Source: Giardia intestinalis (taxonomy: Eukaryota). Taken from it: a stretch of DNA of 64,000 nt. Shown here in pieces: positions 57,990 to 64,000 of this stretch. The stretch's first letter is position 1. Each line of letters starts with the position of its first letter. Below the pieces are notes generated by a model that saw nothing but the letters and a program-made list of their open reading frames with translations, did no database searches and was not told the origin of the DNA. The translations under genes were made by a program, and so were the position numbers. The DNA is taken from the NCBI GenBank assembly GCA_000002435.2, contig CM018793.1. The stretch is one strand, 5' to 3'.

Positions 57990-60797
57990 CTAGATATTCA
58001 GCGCCTCCATAGCCTTGGCGAGGACCAGATCTTCTTCTGGCGTCAGGGAACAGTTCGCAAGCTCTACCAACGAAGGGATATCATGTTCACCTTCGACAGA
58101 AGGGATTGAGCTAGTAGTCGGATTGTGGGAAACATAGGTGTAGCTAGGGGGTAGGAATCTCTCATGAATGTGCTGGTAAGTTGGAGGGATTTCCCCCTCT
58201 TCCAGATTAGAAAAGGTTTCTTCCCGCATGTCAGGCGTAAATAACCCTCCTGCAATATAGAATGGTTGGTTAGGGGACAGATAGGAGGACGCATGCTGTA
58301 AGGACCCGCCCATAATGGATGAGTCGCTGTGGTAGTGCTGAAAACGCTCTGGTGTGTCACTGACAGCGGAGACAGAGTGCAGGTCCATGATGTTATTTAC
58401 GCACGAGAGATAGCTGAGATCAGAAGGCGTTTTGGGAACAGGCTTGGCGACTATTGGAGCTCCGCTGGGACGAAACGGGTGGGCAAGAATGGCCTGAACT
58501 TCTTCCCGACTATCTATAGAGTGCTTTTCAGAGGGCTGTGCTTGATGCGGTGTAACCTTTTTTGAAACGTTAGGAACCTCCTGTTGAATGGAAGCAGAGT
58601 TGTAGGCAGGCGTTGATATAGGGGGTGACAAGTCCTTTACTGTTCGTGGAGGAAGCCGCCCCCTCGTAGAGTATGGAGTGGAGCTAGGTGTGCTGTCAAT
58701 ACATGCACTACTCTTCTCTCGTGAGAGTACGAAAAGGACTTCGTTATAATCTGTACTATCAGGGTCCTGAATCGTAAAGCCGCTAGCGTTATAATTCAGA
58801 TCTACTGTAGGTGCAATATGATTAGATGCATGGGCCAGATTATCAGCAATTGGTGTGTTAGAGGCAGGGGCTACTTCAGGGCGACGGATAGCTGTAACGA
58901 TTATCTCTTTAGCTTGCGGTCCTGACTCTTTTGCAGATGTTCTTTTCTGCGCTATAGTGTGCTGGAGGCGTGTTATTTGATGAGCATGGACCGGCTCGCC
59001 AGTACAGTTATCTTCGTATGAGTGTTGTGGAGCTGCTTGGTGAACAACTAGCTGAGCAGAGGGAAGTGATGCTTCCAGTGTGATATCTTTTGGAGCAATC
59101 CTGGTAAGAGAGCTTCTATGTAGATAGTTCAATTGCGGCTCTAAGGAAGGTGAGTCGCTGGGAGGAGGCTGTGCATCTACCTGCTTCAAAGCCTCAGAGG
59201 CACACTCTATTGGGTGATTACCTGATAATATCCCAGCCTTATGTTGGCATTTCCCACAAGGGGCGTATTTGGTTACATATAAAGGATAATTGGCAAGGTC
59301 CTTACCCAGAGATAGCCACTTTACCTTTTCATTGCTATCCTCAGAATAACTAGAATAGTAATATGACGAAGAGCTGCTCTCTGTACTAGAGGATCTTTTG
59401 GAGCAGGGCTTTTTGCTTGATCTTCTCTTAGACTTCGTGCTAACTTTTGGCTTGGCTGATGTCTGGGTCGTAGATATAGATTGATCAGTTTTAGAGTTAG
59501 ATTCCCTGTTAGAGTTAGAGAATGTAACCGACGAGAGATGCTCATTCGCTTGTCCAAAACATGGCGTCAAAACGCTGGCAGGTTGAGACAATCTGTTTTC
59601 TATATCATAAGCGTTTTTCATCTGTTGTGCTCGAGCAGCTATCTCTGTCATTTTATCTGGAGCCTTATCCAGCTTCTCTTTGTGTTGTCTTAGTATGGCT
59701 TTTTGAATGAGAACACTCAGCGGCTCTGGTTCCTGCTTATCGTTATAAGAATTTTTGACTGAAACAATCTCCACGATATCTGGTGATGTAGCGGATTCAT
59801 TTGGATTTAGTTCCCGCTGATCAATTGAAGGAGCTGACTTAGCAGATGGCATCATAGGTAGTAGCTCTGGTTTAGAAATGACAGGAATGATACCAGAAGG
59901 TACAATAGATGGAGAACTTGTGGCGCGATCGAAGTAACTCGGCTGAATAGCTGCAGGTGCTGGTATCCGATTGGCTAAAACTGTTCTTGTTATGCTCAGT
60001 ACTTGTCCAGCACCAGTGGGTAAAGGTACAGTTTTCGTGTCTCTATCTACATGTGCTATGACGCCAGGGAGATCTACACTATCATTGCTGAAGGACGATA
60101 AAGTCTCCTGTATCCCAGCCTTGTTCAAAGCCGGTGATATCGCATATGGAGGTGGAGTTTGATTGGGTGCATGTGGAAACATTCTACCAGGAGGTGTATG
60201 CGCGTTAAGGACCTTACATGAGGTCTCATTATTCTCGGCAAGACTTTCCCCCGCGGTGGGAAGATACTTAGCGGTAATTGGCCGCTGAAATTTCGTATCT
60301 AGTACATCGTGGTGATTGAGGTGAACAGAGGGGGCAATATCCTCTGGTATCTTGTCTGCTGGCTGACGCGTCTTGTTGTGAGGAACAGCAAGAAGCTCTA
60401 ATGGACCAGCTCTATAGTGTTGATGCCACGGAGGCAAGTTTCCAGCAGTTCTAGCTATTGAGATATCAACCACTGCATCCGATATCCCAGAATTGTCTTG
60501 AGTCATAGTGTGTCTGGGAGCGATGGGTGACATAGATGAAACTGTTCGTAATGCTTGTGAAACAGCACTTTGCGCAGAATTACTTACAAGATCTGCCTGT
60601 ATCCGTCTTGAAATTAGATCAGAGAGGGTTGTTGTGGGAGAACTATGGATGTCATGTAGATCGGGTTCTGGACTTGTCGGTTGGCCTGATAAGGAAATTG
60701 TGTGCACAACAGATGCTACCACAGGATCTGAAGATTCGCTGAGGGATGGAGTGTTCGTAAGCCTTGGCCGTGTGCGTGCTAAAAGTCTACTTGACAT
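57990..60797 (-). CDS. hypothetical S/T/P-rich protein (935 aa)
   Basis: ATG at 60797. Low-complexity Ser/Pro/Thr-rich composition throughout. Convergent with the previous gene across a 9-bp gap. Confidence 0.65.
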   Translation of the reverse strand: MSSRLLARTRPRLTNTPSLSESSDPVVASVVHTISLSGQPTSPEPDLHDIHSSPTTTLSDLISRRIQADLVSNSAQSAVSQALRTVSSMSPIAPRHTMTQDNSGISDAVVDISIARTAGNLPPWHQHYRAGPLELLAVPHNKTRQPADKIPEDIAPSVHLNHHDVLDTKFQRPITAKYLPTAGESLAENNETSCKVLNAHTPPGRMFPHAPNQTPPPYAISPALNKAGIQETLSSFSNDSVDLPGVIAHVDRDTKTVPLPTGAGQVLSITRTVLANRIPAPAAIQPSYFDRATSSPSIVPSGIIPVISKPELLPMMPSAKSAPSIDQRELNPNESATSPDIVEIVSVKNSYNDKQEPEPLSVLIQKAILRQHKEKLDKAPDKMTEIAARAQQMKNAYDIENRLSQPASVLTPCFGQANEHLSSVTFSNSNRESNSKTDQSISTTQTSAKPKVSTKSKRRSSKKPCSKRSSSTESSSSSYYYSSYSEDSNEKVKWLSLGKDLANYPLYVTKYAPCGKCQHKAGILSGNHPIECASEALKQVDAQPPPSDSPSLEPQLNYLHRSSLTRIAPKDITLEASLPSAQLVVHQAAPQHSYEDNCTGEPVHAHQITRLQHTIAQKRTSAKESGPQAKEIIVTAIRRPEVAPASNTPIADNLAHASNHIAPTVDLNYNASGFTIQDPDSTDYNEVLFVLSREKSSACIDSTPSSTPYSTRGRLPPRTVKDLSPPISTPAYNSASIQQEVPNVSKKVTPHQAQPSEKHSIDSREEVQAILAHPFRPSGAPIVAKPVPKTPSDLSYLSCVNNIMDLHSVSAVSDTPERFQHYHSDSSIMGGSLQHASSYLSPNQPFYIAGGLFTPDMREETFSNLEEGEIPPTYQHIHERFLPPSYTYVSHNPTTSSIPSVEGEHDIPSLVELANCSLTPEEDLVLAKAMEALNI

Positions 60798-61142
60798 TTT
60801 TTAGATATCCAGAGCAAGATGCCGAGAGGTATCTTAGAAGATGCAACTAGGTTACTGATGAATGGCTTAGGGGCTTGCGTGCGCCTGCTGAAAAGGATAG
60901 GTACTTGAAGCCGTCCAAATTTTCAAATTGAAAGAAATATTCTTGATGCTGACATACGTTTGCAACTTATAGAATAAGCGTGCACGAACATATTGATGAA
61001 GTAGAGGAACAACTGTGGCTAATGCCTTGTTGTGAAAACTAATCGGTATCGAACAGATGACTGGACAACAAAACCTATCGTACTTGGCAACCTATTCTCA
61101 CGCTAACCAGCTGGACACGTGACCAACAACACTGGCAGCAAC

Positions 61143-61237
61143 TTGGAGTGCCGGGAGTCGAACCCGGGTCGTAACCGCATACGTAGTTGATAGCCATGCC
61201 ATCAAAGGCCACTGTGCTCCCGCTGCACCACACCCCA
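61143..61237 (-). tRNA. tRNA-like gene, probably intron-containing (tentative anticodon UUG, Gln)
   Basis: On the minus strand the acceptor TGGGGTG/CACTCCA pairs fully with one G-U. U8, D-stem GTGC/GCAC, and D-loop AGCGGGA (A14, GG, A21) are present. Anticodon stem GTGGC pairs with GTTAC across a 25-nt insertion that follows loop CTTTGA (U33, TTG, A37). The insert contains TCAAC, complementary to the anticodon. T-stem CCGGG/CCCGG and T-loop TTCGACT are present; discriminator is A. The variable loop is only 3 nt (GAC), so this is not fully canonical. Confidence 0.4.
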
Positions 61238-61289
61238 CGGGGAAGGGCAGCAGCGTAAACGTGTGTGTGTCGTACTTGGAAGTGGAGGG

Positions 61290-61620
61290 ACGCGGATAGC
61301 ACTGGTTGCTCAGACGTGGGGGCTCACCGAGGGTAGCTGGCCAGCCCTCATCGCCCCAGCTCCCCCCACCTCACTCACCGGCCGGCCTGCTGTGGAACCC
61401 AGGTGACCGCGACTGTAGAGCACTGCCCGGGACACAGCCGGACGGACACCGAGGGGCCCAGCCAGCGGAGGGCCCGATGGCAGACGGGGCATCTAAAAAG
61501 GACGGCGACCAGAGCTTCACCCACCGTGAAGGGAGACCAAGGAGAGGCGCCACCGGTAGAGCAGAGGGTCTGCGAGAGGACCCGAACCCCTAAAGGACCG
61601 ACGTGCACACTCGGACCGAG
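61290..61620. other. GC-rich (about 65-70% GC) non-coding island upstream of the tRNA-like gene; candidate structured ncRNA or regulatory region
   Basis: No frame shows codon bias and all track ORFs here start on GTG. Palindromic GC segments are present (ccggccggcc; cccgggacacagccggacgg). It lies in a 1.28-kb gene-free spacer between two divergent genes. Confidence 0.3.
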
Positions 61621-62100
61621 TACACCTCTGCGGAGCGACCAGGGAAGGTGCCAGGTTTTAGATATACTAAAAGAGAGGAGCTCCTCGTTATATCATCCAC
61701 AACCAGCCCTCGTCTCCGGACACGACCACAGGAGCGAGACTTACTCCTGGGATTTCTGGGTGCCCCTACAGGTAATCCCAACAGCACAGCGCTTCTTCCC
61801 GTCCAGGCAGCTCTTGTGAAGAGCATCGGTCCAGTTTCATAGCAGTGGGTGCATTCATTATTTGAGTGGACCATTCGTGGGGTGATGGCTACTGTCGTAA
61901 GCACCGGTGATGTGCGAGGGGCCGTTCTTGAGATGCCACAACGCCCATTCTCTCCTTGGTCCCTAGAGACACCACACACAGGAGAGGCCGCTAGGACACC
62001 AGAGATCCGCTACACCGGGGTAAGCCTGTAGGGTGCACATTATCCTCACTCACCACGTGGCAGCGTCGCCTGGTGTTGCGTGCTCTATGGGCTGCCGGCA

Positions 62101-63948
62101 ATGTTCGAGAAAATCATCTTCGGAATCGCCATCCTGCAAGTGGTATGGGCAGCAACGACATGCACAGAGGCTAGCAGTGACCCGCAAACAGGACAGTGCG
62201 CAACAGGAAAGTGCGACGTCTGGATTGGGGGCTCAAACTTCTGCTCCCAGTGCTCGACAGCAGCAGAGCATCTTATCAATGGAAAATGTGTGCCTGAAGG
62301 TGAAGACACTGAAGGAAAATGTACAGCAAAGAATGATGGCACATGTGAATCTTGTAAAGCCGGCTTTTTCCTGCACAGAGGAGGGTGCTACGAGATGGGA
62401 AGCGATATCGGGCTCCTTGTGTGCAACGATAGAACTGCCACGGCTGATAAGGATGGAATATGCATAGCTTGCCACGACGGGTACTTCAAGAATCCTGCAT
62501 CTGACGCTGATAAAACGAAGGAGTCCTGTATTGCATGCAACAACACGGCCGGCGTGGATCATAATAAGGGGGTTCAGAACTGTGCGACGTGCGACGCCCC
62601 GAAAACTCCCGGACAAAGCAGTGCAGAACAGACGGCCACATGTAAAAGCTGTGTGGACGGATACTATGGCACTACAAGCTGTCAGCAGTGCCATGCAGAT
62701 TGTAGAACGTGCACCGGCAACGGTGAGGATAAATGCACCTCCTGCAAGGATACTGGTAAGCAATACTTCAAAGAAGGGGCCAATAGCGACGGGACAGGCA
62801 CGTGTGTTGACGAAAACGGATGTGGTAACACACACTTCCCAATAGCAGAGGACAAAAAGTGCCATCTCTGCGGTAGTGTCAGTGAGGGCGGTGTGGCCGA
62901 CTGCAAGACGTGCTCAAAGACTGGAGATTCCGTTAAGTGTCTTACCTGCGAGGGTACTAAAAAACCCAATGAAGCCGGAACAGGCTGCTTTGTGTGTCCC
63001 ATGGAGCATTGCGAAAAGTGCAGTAAGGACAACGTCTGCGAAGCTTGCGGATCAGAAAAGAAGCTGAGCCCCTTGGGAGACGCGTGCTTAGATGCCTGTC
63101 CCGCGGGAACTCGCACTGACGCTAACGTTTGTAATCTGTGCCACGAATCGTGTGCAAGCTGTAGCACTAACGCAGAAGCGTCGTGCACGGCCTGCTATCC
63201 AGGGTATGTGTTGAATCGGTCATCTGATGACACAGGAACGTGCATAAAAGAGTGCACGGGAGACTTTATGGCCCACTGCAAGGCCGACGGCTGCTCACTG
63301 AACGTCGGAGGCTCGAAGTACTGCGATCAGTGCGAGGAGGGGTACGCCCCAGTCGACGGCGTTTGCACATCCATACCTGCAGCAGCGAGGGATGCCTCCG
63401 GATGTAAGGCAAGTGGCGGGAAATGCACTGAGTGTGGAGCAAACTACGCTCTGTTATCGGGCGGATGCTACAACACACAGAAGCTTCCTGGTAGCTCTGT
63501 GTGTACGGCTGCACAGAATAAGGGACAATGCCAAACGTGTGCCAATGGACAAAGCCCAGCTGGAAGAAAATGTCCGGCGTGTACTGAAGGATGTGTGAAG
63601 TGTGCGGGTAGTAAGGAAACCTGCACAGATTGCTTAGCAGGGTATTACAAAGATGCCGGTGATAAATGCTTCAAATGCACGGATAGTGATAAGGCTAGCT
63701 CTAATGCAATAACTGGTGTAGAAAACTGCATAAGCTGTGCCCCGCCAGCTGGTGGCAATGGCCCTGTCACCTGTTACGTAACGCAACAAAAGGCTGACGA
63801 TGGCACCGGCGGAGATACTGGAGGAGACAGCACGAACAGGAGCGGCCTCAGCACGGGGGCCATAGCAGGGATCTCCGTCGCTGTCATCGTCGTGGGGGGC
63901 CTCGTGGGCTTCCTCTGCTGGTGGTTCATATGTAGAGGGAAGGCGTGA
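62101..63948 (+). CDS. vsp: variant-specific surface protein (VSP)
   Basis: First ATG at 62101 gives signal peptide MFEKIIFGIAILQVVWA; the track start at 62080 is GTG. More than 25 CXXC motifs and two GGCY motifs are present. C-terminal TM AIAGISVAVIVVGGLVGFLCWWFI is followed by the invariant cytoplasmic tail CRGKA and a stop. Confidence 0.9.
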   Translation: MFEKIIFGIAILQVVWAATTCTEASSDPQTGQCATGKCDVWIGGSNFCSQCSTAAEHLINGKCVPEGEDTEGKCTAKNDGTCESCKAGFFLHRGGCYEMGSDIGLLVCNDRTATADKDGICIACHDGYFKNPASDADKTKESCIACNNTAGVDHNKGVQNCATCDAPKTPGQSSAEQTATCKSCVDGYYGTTSCQQCHADCRTCTGNGEDKCTSCKDTGKQYFKEGANSDGTGTCVDENGCGNTHFPIAEDKKCHLCGSVSEGGVADCKTCSKTGDSVKCLTCEGTKKPNEAGTGCFVCPMEHCEKCSKDNVCEACGSEKKLSPLGDACLDACPAGTRTDANVCNLCHESCASCSTNAEASCTACYPGYVLNRSSDDTGTCIKECTGDFMAHCKADGCSLNVGGSKYCDQCEEGYAPVDGVCTSIPAAARDASGCKASGGKCTECGANYALLSGGCYNTQKLPGSSVCTAAQNKGQCQTCANGQSPAGRKCPACTEGCVKCAGSKETCTDCLAGYYKDAGDKCFKCTDSDKASSNAITGVENCISCAPPAGGNGPVTCYVTQQKADDGTGGDTGGDSTNRSGLSTGAIAGISVAVIVVGGLVGFLCWWFICRGKA

Positions 63949-63955
63949 CTTAGGT

Positions 63956-63962
63956 AGTAAAC
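63956..63962 (+). promoter_or_regulatory. putative polyadenylation signal AGTAAAC (Giardia AGTRAAY) 8 nt after the VSP stop
   Basis: Matches the Giardia poly(A) signal consensus AGTPuAAPy and is positioned immediately downstream of TGA. Confidence 0.55.
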
Positions 63963-64000
63963 GCGTCACCGTATATGGCTTATTGCACTATGCTGTTGGG

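Noticed and set aside
61306-61979. Small ORFs in the second GC-rich island (61306..61593 +, 61403..61819 +, 61375..61608 -, 61590..61979 -, etc.)
   Set aside because: None has an ATG start at the annotated position (GTG starts). There is no third-position bias and the composition is not protein-like. They are treated as non-coding.
1-64000. Prokaryotic-style defence systems, CRISPR arrays, operons or mobile elements
   Set aside because: No direct-repeat/spacer arrays, no transposase/integrase/reverse-transcriptase ORFs, and no bacterial operon structure were found. Gene content and signals are eukaryotic (Giardia-like).

Overview
This window looks like compact, intron-poor nuclear DNA of a diplomonad, most consistent with Giardia intestinalis. 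The basis is: a cysteine-rich CXXC/GGCY surface protein ending in a TM helix plus 'CRGKA' (the variant-specific surface protein, VSP, hallmark); NEK-like kinases fused to ankyrin repeats; sperm-tail PG-rich (SHIPPO-type) repeat proteins; very short AT-rich intergenic spacers; and AGTRAAY motifs just after stop codons. No prokaryotic features (operons, CRISPR, defence islands) are present. The ORF track uses TTG/GTG as starts in several places, so I re-set starts to the first in-frame ATG where this mattered. About 35 protein-coding genes are supported. They include SMC4 (partial), tRNA-Arg(ACG), two V-ATPase proteolipid paralogs, arginyl-tRNA synthetase, a long-chain acyl-CoA synthetase, three predicted NEK pseudokinases, a Macro-domain protein, a myristoylated copine-type vWA protein, a USP deubiquitinase, a cluster of PG-rich repeat proteins, several large coiled-coil or low-complexity proteins, and a VSP. 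The most unusual items are: two GC-rich roughly 350-400 bp islands, each directly upstream of a tRNA or tRNA-like gene, one holding a strongly GC3-biased 100-codon ORF; an intron-containing tRNA-like gene; a KAR5/GEX1-like candidate with signal peptide, Cys-rich domain, coiled coil and TM helices; and a tandem/divergent PG-rich repeat family with two possible frameshift junctions. I did not find a new multi-gene 'system' in the prokaryotic sense.
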